A stretch of 20,000 bases of DNA from an uncultured virus (IMG/VR IMGVR_UViG_3300014050_000020) (Duplodnaviria; Heunggongvirae; Uroviricota; Caudoviricetes). Made by a program: the position numbers and the translations under genes. The stretch lies in the IMG/VR virus record IMGVR_UViG_3300014050_000020; one strand, 5' to 3'. Under the pieces are notes generated by a model. The model did not search any database, had not been told where the DNA came from, and saw only the letters and a list, made by a program, of their open reading frames with translations. Of this stretch, positions 8,821-15,547 are shown one piece after another; position 1 is the first letter of the stretch, and every line of letters begins with the position of its first letter.

Positions 8821-10094
8821 TATCGCTTACCTTTCTGAGCATGTTCATAATGTGCCCAAATACCAAAGGGCGGTTGGGCACTGGTATTGCCTTTGATAAT
8901 CCAAACAGTGTCGCAGTAGTCGGGATCGCCCCAACTACCATAAGGATATCCATCTGTGAACACAATAAACTTCTTGGGTTCGATACCTGCTTCCTTCATG
9001 TAACGCCAGTTGGCATCAAAGTCAGTGCCACCACCACCTTTGGGTTCATAAGTACTGATCTCTGCCATGTTGTCGCTGTTGAACTCTTGGTCATTGTAGA
9101 CTTCAGTGTCAAAGCTCCAAACACGAATCTTGTATTCGTCGTAACCGTCCATGATACCTTGGATCTCGCCCAAAAAGATCTTAAGCTCGGATTCGCCAAT
9201 GCTACCTGAAGTATCAATTGCCACACAGATATCGATAGTCTCGCCCGGCTTCATGCCCGGCAATATGGCATCCATATGCCAGCTACGACGACTAGGACGT
9301 AGCCAACTAAAGTCCGACTTGATGGTGCTTTGAATCTGCTGTAGCAACAATTCACGCCAGTCAATTACTGACTCAGTCATGTCCTTGATTAGTCGCTGAA
9401 CACCTGCAGGCACATTGCCTGCACCAACAGCCTGAGCAGCCTGTAATACAGCATCCTTGATCTCGTCGCGGATCTCTTTGGCTAACTTCTTGTTGATACG
9501 CGGTCGCCCACCTTTACCTTCATGATCACCATCATCGCCATCACCATCGCCTTCTTCGGGCTCAAGGTGATCATCGAGCACTTGCTTCATAAGCTCACTG
9601 AGCGGGATCTTCTTGGCATCTTTAAACAAGTCATCATAGACTTCTTCAAAGCTCATACCGCGATACTTGGGATTGTACAGAATAGGTACTTTGGTGATCT
9701 TGGTGCCGACATTGTTGTCAATTAAGTCTTGGTTAACGCAATAGTCTGCGGCAATGTTGGACAGAATGGGATCACGCTCGCCACGACGACTCATATGATC
9801 ATAGACTACATGAAGTACCTCGTGCCCAAACAAGAACTCACACTCGCGTAGACTCAGTGAGTTGATAAAAGAACTATTGTAGTAGAAGTTTCTGCCGTCA
9901 GTGGCAGCAGTACCACACCAGTCGTCAGCGTTCTTAAGTTGTAAACGAGTAGCCAAGTTACCAAAGAACCCGGCCTTAAGCAATAGTCCAACACGAGCAG
10001 TTACCAGCTTCTCACGAGCAGCGGCATCCAACTTGGGATCGGTGGTAGTTTTTTTGCTGGACTTCTCTGCTACAGTGGTATCTTGTCTTGCCAT
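8820..10094 (-). CDS. Putative metallopeptidase + vWA-like domain protein (DUF2201-type), partner of MoxR AAA ATPase
   Basis: TAATDG, HEXXH (HEVLH), NIAADYCVN, MIDAS DTSGS, GGGGTDF and FTDG motifs; AAGGAG RBS. Confidence 0.9.
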   Translation of the reverse strand: MARQDTTVAEKSSKKTTTDPKLDAAAREKLVTARVGLLLKAGFFGNLATRLQLKNADDWCGTAATDGRNFYYNSSFINSLSLRECEFLFGHEVLHVVYDHMSRRGERDPILSNIAADYCVNQDLIDNNVGTKITKVPILYNPKYRGMSFEEVYDDLFKDAKKIPLSELMKQVLDDHLEPEEGDGDGDDGDHEGKGGRPRINKKLAKEIRDEIKDAVLQAAQAVGAGNVPAGVQRLIKDMTESVIDWRELLLQQIQSTIKSDFSWLRPSRRSWHMDAILPGMKPGETIDICVAIDTSGSIGESELKIFLGEIQGIMDGYDEYKIRVWSFDTEVYNDQEFNSDNMAEISTYEPKGGGGTDFDANWRYMKEAGIEPKKFIVFTDGYPYGSWGDPDYCDTVWIIKGNTSAQPPFGIWAHYEHAQKGKR

Positions 10095-10117
10095 ATCTAC
10101 TCCTTATTCAATATCTA

Positions 10118-10154
10118 ATTGTAGCACCTAACCAAATTGGGGTCAAGCCCCAAT
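10118..10154 (-). promoter_or_regulatory. Sigma70-type promoter (TTGACC-N17-TACAAT) with a 7-bp inverted repeat over the -35
   Basis: -35 at 10141-10146 and -10 at 10118-10123. ATTGGGG (10136-10142) pairs with CCCCAAT (10148-10154). Confidence 0.75.
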
Positions 10155-10157
10155 CGG

Positions 10158-11255
10158 TCAGTTGTTGGCTACTGCGGCAACCACGTACTTGCCAAATCTC
10201 TTATGGAAGGTGTCAAAGTTTTTGAGCTTGCCGGGCACGAACGGGATATTGTAAGTGGTAATGGCCACACGAGCCGCCATGACCACAAGTTCGGTGCTAA
10301 AATTGTCCATGATAAAGCTAAAGAAGTTATCGGCCATGCCATTCCATTTGTCCAACTTTCCACCGGCCTTGTCATAGGCATCTTTGAGCTCATAGCAGAG
10401 ACTGATAGTTAGGCTGTACATGGCTGACACTTCTTTGATCTTGAGTTCGGTGACCTTGCCCTGTAGGACTTCTACAGGGTCGGGCATCTGCCCAGACACC
10501 TTGCGGTGTGCAGCAAACTTGACTGCCATACCTTCACCAACTGCACCTGCTACCAAGTCGGTGAGTCCGGTGTCGTTTTCTTCGTCGAGTAACTCACTCA
10601 CAAAGGTCCACGAACGCGGGGTAGCAAAACTACGGCTCGAGCTACGCGGATCAAAGTCAAACAAGTCGCCCTTGGCAAAGCTCAAGTAACCAACCACATC
10701 CTTGTGGATGCGATTGTTCACAGCCCAAGTCTGCCAGCTGTCAAAGTCTACACGCATTTCTAGGTGAACAAAGCGATTGGCCAACGGGCTAGGCATACGA
10801 TAAGTGACACCTTTGTCTGACTCACGATTACCTGCTGCCACCATAACAACATTCTTAGGTAGCACGAACTTGCCCACGCGGCGATTAAGCACCAGCTGGT
10901 AAGCCGCTGCCTGTGTAGCCGGAGCCGCTGAGTTCATTTCGTCCATAAACAAGACAACAATGGGATACTGGCTGGCAGTTTCTTCGTCAGGCAGTTCGAC
11001 TGGGGGAGCCCAGTCCATCTTGCCAGTGTCCTTGTTATAGAACGGGATACCACGCAGGTCAGTGGGCTCCATCTGGCTCAAACGAATATCAATCATAAGG
11101 CCGCCGAGATCTTGGGCAATGCCGGCTACCAGCTCACTCTTACCAATACCTGGAGGACCCCACAAGAAAGCAGGACGCTGACGCTTGAAGCACCGTAGTA
11201 GAGCACGACGAGCTTCAACACTGGTAACGGTACGATTTTCGCTTACTACAGCCAT
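10158..11255 (-). CDS. MoxR-like (dynein-related) AAA+ ATPase
   Basis: Walker A GPPGIGKS, Walker B LFMDEMN, VAAGNR, PLANRF and ATPRSW motifs; adjacent vWA partner; AAGGAG RBS. Confidence 0.92.
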   Translation of the reverse strand: MAVVSENRTVTSVEARRALLRCFKRQRPAFLWGPPGIGKSELVAGIAQDLGGLMIDIRLSQMEPTDLRGIPFYNKDTGKMDWAPPVELPDEETASQYPIVVLFMDEMNSAAPATQAAAYQLVLNRRVGKFVLPKNVVMVAAGNRESDKGVTYRMPSPLANRFVHLEMRVDFDSWQTWAVNNRIHKDVVGYLSFAKGDLFDFDPRSSSRSFATPRSWTFVSELLDEENDTGLTDLVAGAVGEGMAVKFAAHRKVSGQMPDPVEVLQGKVTELKIKEVSAMYSLTISLCYELKDAYDKAGGKLDKWNGMADNFFSFIMDNFSTELVVMAARVAITTYNIPFVPGKLKNFDTFHKRFGKYVVAAVANN

Positions 11256-11284
11256 TTACAACTCCTTTGTATTAATGTTCAGTA

Positions 11285-11326
11285 ATTATATGATAATAAA
11301 ACAACCCAGTCAAATGGAGGGTTATT
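11285..11326 (-). promoter_or_regulatory. Repeated early promoter cassette copy 1 (TTGACT-N17-TATAAT; AATAACCC-N11-GGGTTGTT)
   Basis: -10 at 11285-11290, -35 at 11308-11313, inverted-repeat arms at 11300-11307 and 11319-11326. Confidence 0.88.
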
Positions 11327-11510
11327 TACGGTAGAATGCACTGGCAAAGAAAATATGTAGGAAAATACTAGCCGACCAAGTTTCTAGCGAATAAGGAATT
11401 TCCAGACCTACGTTACCGAACAAAGCATTTAACGACCATACTAATAAAAATGGTCCTAATACCACCAATGCAATGGCTATTAAAATCACAGTGACAGCGG
11501 TAAACTTCAT
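11322..11510 (-). CDS. Small membrane protein (62 aa)
   Basis: Two hydrophobic stretches; ATGA overlap with the upstream gene; AAGGA RBS. Confidence 0.8.
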   Translation of the reverse strand: MKFTAVTVILIAIALVVLGPFLLVWSLNALFGNVGLEIPYSLETWSASIFLHIFFASAFYRK

Positions 11511-11737
11511 ACCATTGGTTCCTTATTAAGGTCTCGAACTTGACGAACAAATCTATGCTCAACAAGCAGACGCTCTGCGGGTTCAGCACGCCAACGGAAC
11601 TGGATTGGGGTATCTAAAACTACAGTATGCTGAACTTCACCACCGTAACGAACACGGCTGGATTCAACACGCCCAGACACAGGGTACTCGCCCATATATA
11701 CAGCACTGACCCACATTCCCTCTAAGTTCCAGCTCAT
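11507..11737 (-). CDS. Small conserved early phage protein (76 aa)
   Basis: AAGGAG RBS and its own promoter cassette. Confidence 0.85.
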   Translation of the reverse strand: MSWNLEGMWVSAVYMGEYPVSGRVESSRVRYGGEVQHTVVLDTPIQFRWRAEPAERLLVEHRFVRQVRDLNKEPMV

Positions 11738-11766
11738 TGTTGGCTCCTTGTTGTCAACTGTCCGCT

Positions 11767-11808
11767 ATTATAGCAACTATCAATAACCCAGTCAAATTGA
11801 GGGTTATT
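11767..11808 (-). promoter_or_regulatory. Repeated early promoter cassette copy 2
   Basis: -10 TATAAT at 11767-11772, -35 TTGACT at 11790-11795 (17-bp spacer), perfect 8-bp arms at 11782-11789 and 11801-11808. Confidence 0.9.
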
Positions 11809-12058
11809 GCTGGGCTTGTTGCATCTGCTCTGCAACTATGGCTTCTTGCCTTTGCGTAGCCTCAATCATCTCGCTGATCAAGACCTTTTGAACACGCTTG
11901 GGCATGAACTTCATGTAGTGAAGGAGAGTGTTTTTGAGATACCCAATCTCAAAGTAGCTACCACCACCATCTTCAGCAAAACGCTGTTCTACTGCTTGAC
12001 CGAACTGCTCAAGCACTTCTTCGAGGGTATCTTGATTCTCTGTAGTCCACATGCCCAT
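11804..12058 (-). CDS. Hypothetical early protein (84 aa, MGMWTTEN...)
   Basis: Start moved to the ATG at 12058, which follows AAGGAG. The ORF-track extension to 12079 is leader sequence. Confidence 0.8.
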   Translation of the reverse strand: MGMWTTENQDTLEEVLEQFGQAVEQRFAEDGGGSYFEIGYLKNTLLHYMKFMPKRVQKVLISEMIEATQRQEAIVAEQMQQAQQ

Positions 12059-12088
12059 TTCGTGCTCCTTGTTGTTCACTGTACCACT

Positions 12089-12154
12089 ATTATAGTACGA
12101 ATGAATAACCCAGTCAATTGACGGGTTATTCTGGGTTGTTGTATTTAAACAACA
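12089..12154 (-). promoter_or_regulatory. Repeated early promoter cassette copy 3 plus upstream TGTTGT-N6-ACAACA palindrome
   Basis: -10 at 12089-12094, -35 at 12112-12117, arms at 12104-12111 and 12123-12130, palindrome at 12137-12154. Confidence 0.9.
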
Positions 12155-12555
12155 GTGTAGGGCTTGTTCCAGCGACCGATGTTGATATCAATGTAGTGTG
12201 AGCAGTGAAAATAGTCCGTTTGAGCATCACTGTGATCAAAGAAATCAGGGCCTTTGAGGGCTTGGATAGCCCGATCTAGGAACTCTGCGGCCGGACCTGA
12301 GAACTGCTCGTGTGCCCAGTAGGTGTTTACACTGATATGATCATGAGCGGGTCTAAAAGGCTGCTGATTGTAACGAGGATGCTGGCTGCAGGTTGCGTTG
12401 AAATTGCCAATAAAATCAATCCGACCCTGGCTAATGTTTAACACTAAGGTTCTGTGATTATCCACACTAAGAGTACCTTTTAAGCCATACTTCTTAAGTA
12501 GTGCTTTAACAGCGGGTGCCAATTTTGCCTTCATCTCTTGGGATACATAAGCCAT
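12145..12555 (-). CDS. Conserved early phage protein (136 aa, MAYVSQEMK...FDHSDAQTDYF...IGRWNKPY)
   Basis: AAGGAG RBS before the ATG at 12555. The ORF-track extension to 12732 crosses a promoter and a terminator. Confidence 0.85.
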   Translation of the reverse strand: MAYVSQEMKAKLAPAVKALLKKYGLKGTLSVDNHRTLVLNISQGRIDFIGNFNATCSQHPRYNQQPFRPAHDHISVNTYWAHEQFSGPAAEFLDRAIQALKGPDFFDHSDAQTDYFHCSHYIDINIGRWNKPYTVV

Positions 12556-12585
12556 CGTGTGCTCCTTGTTGTTTACTATACCCAT

Positions 12586-12651
12586 ATTATACGGAAAATG
12601 AGTAACCCAGTCAATTGGCGGGTTATTCTGGCGTGTTGTAGAAAAACAACA
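12586..12651 (-). promoter_or_regulatory. Repeated early promoter cassette copy 4 plus TGTTGT-N6-ACAACA palindrome
   Basis: -10 at 12586-12591, -35 at 12609-12614, arms at 12601-12608 and 12620-12627, palindrome at 12634-12651. Confidence 0.9.
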
Positions 12652-12678
12652 AATGAAAAACCCTGCCAGGGCAGGGTT
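12652..12678 (-). terminator. Rho-independent terminator
   Basis: On the - strand, AACCCTGC-CCTG-GCAGGGTT is followed by TTTCATT, about 20 bp after the stop of the 12701-13000 gene. Confidence 0.8.
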
Positions 12679-12700
12679 GTGTCTAGATTTTAAGCAGAAG

Positions 12701-13000
12701 TTACTTAGATTTTGGTGTAGCAGCATTGACAAATGCGTACATCTTTTCTGCGTTCTGAAGGATTTGATCTAGACCTGGTACTTGTGGCATACCAACTGTG
12801 GTAACAAATTGACCAGTTTTTTCGTCTCGGGCAGTGCTTAATTCCCAACCCTGGAACCGGGCACTGTACTCGAACTCGGCCATTTGTTTGGCCATTCCGA
12901 GAATTTCTGTGCGGATTTCGTATCCGTTCTTGCCCTGGTTTACCTTAAACTCGGGCATTTTAAAATCTGGAATGAGTTTCTCTCCGTAGTTATTTGACAT
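12701..13000 (-). CDS. Conserved hypothetical phage protein (KNGYEIRTEIL motif, 99 aa)
   Basis: Strong TAAGGAG RBS and a terminator downstream. Confidence 0.85.
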   Translation of the reverse strand: MSNNYGEKLIPDFKMPEFKVNQGKNGYEIRTEILGMAKQMAEFEYSARFQGWELSTARDEKTGQFVTTVGMPQVPGLDQILQNAEKMYAFVNAATPKSK

Positions 13001-13068
13001 TTTATTTCTCCTTAGTGTGTGAATGTCTGTCTAATATACAATCGTCTTTAGTAAATATCAATGATTTT

Positions 13069-13136
13069 GATAAATACAATTGCCAATCGCGACACTGGAA
13101 TGTCCATCGGCTCTAACGCTTTACAGGAGCATCAGC
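13069..13136 (+). promoter_or_regulatory. Late-type promoter (GATAAATA) followed by a structured 5' leader that can occlude the RBS of the endonuclease
   Basis: ATAAATA at 13070-13076. Stems GCCAAT/ATCGGC with inner GACA/TGTC. GCTC (13110-13113) or GCT (13118-13120) can pair with GAGC overlapping the SD AGGAG (13125-13129). Confidence 0.55.
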
Positions 13137-13799
13137 ATGTTTATTTATTATGTTTACGCATATCTGCGTAAAAGAGACGGAACACCTTATTACATAGGCA
13201 AAGGTAAAGGCAATCGTGCTTATGTAAAACACCCAGGTATTAGTGTACCAAAAGATAAAAGTAAAATTATTTTTTTAGAAACAATGCTTTCGGATATTGG
13301 TGCTCTGGCGATAGAAAGACGGATGATAGAATGGTATGGTAGAAAAATTAACGGCACTGGTATCCTACTTAATAAGTCAGATGGAGGTCAAGGGGCAGCA
13401 GGACACAAACCTAGCCAAGCATCAATTAATGCTAGAGTAGAAAAAATAAAAGGGCAAAAGCGACCAAAGCACAGCAAAGCAATGAGAGGAGCAAATAACC
13501 CTTTTTATGGAAAAACTCATACAGAAGAGTCGTTAGAAAAAATGCGACATAATCACGCTGATGTGTCTGGATCAAATAATCCTATGTATGGTAAAGGAGG
13601 AGCCACTAAAGGCAAAACTTGGAAATGGAAAGATGATGCTAAAAGATTATCAGGTCCGAGTAATCCTATGTTTGGTAAAGTGAGCCCTAATCGAGGAAAA
13701 ACACCTGAAAAGTTTTTGTGCGATCATTGTGGAATTAAAGTTAGTAAAGGTAATTACAATCGTTGGCATGGAAAAAATTGTAAATCTTTACTAACCTAG
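13137..13799 (+). CDS. Free-standing homing endonuclease, GIY-YIG-like catalytic domain with NUMOD3-type repeats and C-terminal Cys/His zinc finger (220 aa)
   Basis: YYVYAYLR...PYYIGKG...[10 protein letters not shown] and LLNKSDGG; repeats [24 protein letters not shown] and [13 protein letters not shown]...RWHGKNC. The ATG at 13137 follows AGGAG. Confidence 0.88.
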   Translation: MFIYYVYAYLRKRDGTPYYIGKGKGNRAYVKHPGISVPKDKSKIIFLETMLSDIGALAIERRMIEWYGRKINGTGILLNKSDGGQGAAGHKPSQASINARVEKIKGQKRPKHSKAMRGANNPFYGKTHTEESLEKMRHNHADVSGSNNPMYGKGGATKGKTWKWKDDAKRLSGPSNPMFGKVSPNRGKTPEKFLCDHCGIKVSKGNYNRWHGKNCKSLLT

Positions 13800-13802
13800 T
13801 AA

Positions 13803-13934
13803 TCAATGACTGCGACGATTGTTTGGAGTAACAAAATCCCATTCTTCTCCCAGTAGAGGTTCTGGTTTGTCTAACAGCTTGTCTATGTAGACCACAAAGG
13901 TGGCCAACGATATAATAGCAAACATTGCCAGCAT
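13803..13934 (-). CDS. Micro-ORF, 43 aa, single N-terminal hydrophobic helix (MLAMFAIISLATFVVYIDKLL...)
   Basis: Hand translation; starts 1 bp after the stop of the previous micro-ORF. Confidence 0.6.
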   Translation of the reverse strand: MLAMFAIISLATFVVYIDKLLDKPEPLLGEEWDFVTPNNRRSH

Positions 13935-13935
13935 T

Positions 13936-14043
13936 TTATCGCCCCATCACGCGGCAGGCCTGTCGCCATTGACCTCTGCGTGTCAATTGGCTGGCCATCA
14001 AAACTTGTTGTACAACTTGTATTAGGGTTTTAAGGAGTTTCAT
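13936..14043 (-). CDS. Micro-ORF, 35 aa (MKLLKTLIQVVQQVLMASQLTRRGQWRQACRVMGR)
   Basis: Hand translation; ATGA overlap with the upstream ORF. Confidence 0.65.
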   Translation of the reverse strand: MKLLKTLIQVVQQVLMASQLTRRGQWRQACRVMGR

Positions 14044-14144
14044 TGCATGAGATCCCTGCGATATAGGGAAAGATACCTGCGAGCACGGGCTCGTCCACTG
14101 CGTTCCATGGCACGATAAATGGACGATAATATATTTTTAATCAT
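14040..14144 (-). CDS. Micro-ORF, 34 aa, Arg-rich (MIKNILSSIYRAMERSGRARARRYLSLYRRDLMQ)
   Basis: Hand translation; AAGGA RBS; ATGA overlaps at both ends. Confidence 0.7.
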   Translation of the reverse strand: MIKNILSSIYRAMERSGRARARRYLSLYRRDLMQ

Positions 14145-14317
14145 CGATAATGTTCCTTGTGAGAATTATAAGTAAACTCTTTGATATAAAGATCAAGAGT
14201 AGCAGCATCGGTAATGCTTTTGGTTTTAAGATATTGTTCCAAACGACTTTGGTAACCGTCTTTGGGAAACATCTCTGCTAGTCGCTCAAGGATATTGAGC
14301 ATGAATTGGGAAATCAT
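14141..14317 (-). CDS. Small protein, 58 aa, resembling DUF3563 (MISQFMLNILERLAEMFPKDGYQSRLEQYLKTKSITDAATLDLYIKEF...)
   Basis: Hand translation; GAGGA RBS. The DUF3563 resemblance (E-x-YL...D-x-x-x-L) is from memory. Confidence 0.75.
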   Translation of the reverse strand: MISQFMLNILERLAEMFPKDGYQSRLEQYLKTKSITDAATLDLYIKEFTYNSHKEHYR

Positions 14318-14339
14318 AGTTGTCCTCTGTCAGTGTTTA

Positions 14340-14366
14340 TTGTGCTATGCACAAAATTTATTTATC
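14340..14366 (-). promoter_or_regulatory. Late-type GATAAATA element followed by palindrome TTGTGC-N3-GCACAA (PhaR-box-like)
   Basis: GATAAATA at 14359-14366; perfect 6-bp-arm palindrome at 14340-14354 between it and the RBS. Confidence 0.6.
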
Positions 14367-14750
14367 AAGTTGGTCGATGTTGTCTAAGTATTGTTGTAGA
14401 TTATTTGCATAAAGAGTAAGGGTAATACTTGTTTGTTCATCAAAAACTCTTAGGTCGGTTAGATCGTTAATATAATAGGGACATGGAAAATGTTTCTCCA
14501 TCTGCAGGAGGGTTTTTGGCATAATTTTAGTTGGTATGTGGTGTTGATAGTACTGAATTTTAGCGTTAACAATGCAAAATTGATATCCTACTTTAGTTAG
14601 GCGCATACTGGCCGCATTTAGTGGATTAAAAAACCAGACTCTACGAAAATGCTCTATACTGTCAATAATTTGCGGATAGAATGAATGTTGTGAATAAACA
14701 TCACTGCTTGCAATCAACCATTGAATTATGGTAGGCTGATCTAGCTGCAC
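14358..14750 (-). CDS. Conserved hypothetical phage protein (130 aa, WFFNP...SMRLT motif)
   Basis: GTG start 2 bp after the previous stop; operon packing. Confidence 0.75.
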   Translation of the reverse strand: MQLDQPTIIQWLIASSDVYSQHSFYPQIIDSIEHFRRVWFFNPLNAASMRLTKVGYQFCIVNAKIQYYQHHIPTKIMPKTLLQMEKHFPCPYYINDLTDLRVFDEQTSITLTLYANNLQQYLDNIDQLDK

Positions 14751-14752
14751 TT

Positions 14753-15043
14753 CTATTGATGATAAACAATTGAACCTTGATCGAGCAGGACCACAGTAAA
14801 TTTATCGGTACGAAATTGATTGTTTAATTTTTTAGCCAGACTGATTGCATGACCAGGATTTGAAAAACTGACCTTACGATATTTTGGACCCGGATAACTG
14901 ACTAATATATTTTGTGTTTTTAAATTCACTGGTTTTCCGTCGTAGTAAACTGCCCAGATACCTTGACTGGCCAATACTTGATCACATTTATAATTGGATT
15001 TATCTAACAATTCTAGAATAACTGTTGGCTTAGGTCGACTCAT
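14753..15043 (-). CDS. Conserved hypothetical phage protein (MSRPKP...GPKY-K-SFSNPGHA, 96 aa)
   Basis: AAGGTG RBS; exact TATAAATA upstream. Confidence 0.85.
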   Translation of the reverse strand: MSRPKPTVILELLDKSNYKCDQVLASQGIWAVYYDGKPVNLKTQNILVSYPGPKYRKVSFSNPGHAISLAKKLNNQFRTDKFTVVLLDQGSIVYHQ

Positions 15044-15064
15044 GATACACCTTAATTGATAACA

Positions 15065-15547
15065 TTATTTATATGTAGTTATTAAACTACGATTAATCTC
15101 TTTTAGTTTTATTTGCGCGGCATCTTCTGTAATAAATGGGCCAAAAAAATTATTTCGAACTAACACAATTTTTTTTGGACAAAACTCCAAAGCGTATTGA
15201 CTACCATATTGGACCAGATAATAGCCTGCACAATAATAACTTTTGCTGTCTTTGCTGCTGGTATATAAGGGCAATTTATGTTTGATATCATAAATGGTGT
15301 TGTGTGGGGTGCCCCTGGTTGGATAGTTGTAAATCGAATTAGGCGTTGATATTATTTTTTTTTGTTCTCGAACAAATTGAATATTATTAGCGGTTCCTAA
15401 TAATTTTATACTAGGATATTTTGATCTTTGTTCGCCCTGGACTAAAACAACACCATCATTGGCTACCTGGATAGTGGCTACTTTTTGGCCATCCTTTTCC
15501 ACAATCCAATACTTGTTTTTAACTACAGGTCTAGCTTGGATTGTCAT
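15065..15547 (-). CDS. Conserved hypothetical phage protein (160 aa)
   Basis: ATGA overlap with the RNase H gene; AAGGA RBS. Confidence 0.8.
   Translation of the reverse strand: MTIQARPVVKNKYWIVEKDGQKVATIQVANDGVVLVQGEQRSKYPSIKLLGTANNIQFVREQKKIISTPNSIYNYPTRGTPHNTIYDIKHKLPLYTSSKDSKSYYCAGYYLVQYGSQYALEFCPKKIVLVRNNFFGPFITEDAAQIKLKEINRSLITTYK
15066..15073 (-). promoter_or_regulatory. T4-type late promoter TATAAATA
   Basis: Exact consensus match overlapping the stop of the upstream gene, about 22 bp before the next ATG. Confidence 0.6.

Noticed and set aside
11300..12627. Repeats as a CRISPR array or integron attC sites (AAC...GTT arms, stop codon inside the arm)
   Set aside because: Spacing is 300-500 bp with whole genes between copies, so not CRISPR. 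The 27-bp IR is much shorter than attC and lacks L boxes, and no integrase or cas gene is in the window. Promoter geometry explains the conservation.
12556..12732. N-terminal extension of the 195-aa ORF in the track (and 12059-12079 of the 91-aa ORF)
   Set aside because: These cross promoter, leader and terminator sequence. The shared NNKEH translation is just the repeated RBS leader.
13080..13136. TTG start for the endonuclease
   Set aside because: No RBS; the ATG at 13137 follows AGGAG and begins the catalytic motif.
13001..13802. Group I intron hosting the endonuclease
   Set aside because: The flanking genes are intact and on the opposite strand, and the non-coding flanks are too short for a ribozyme core.
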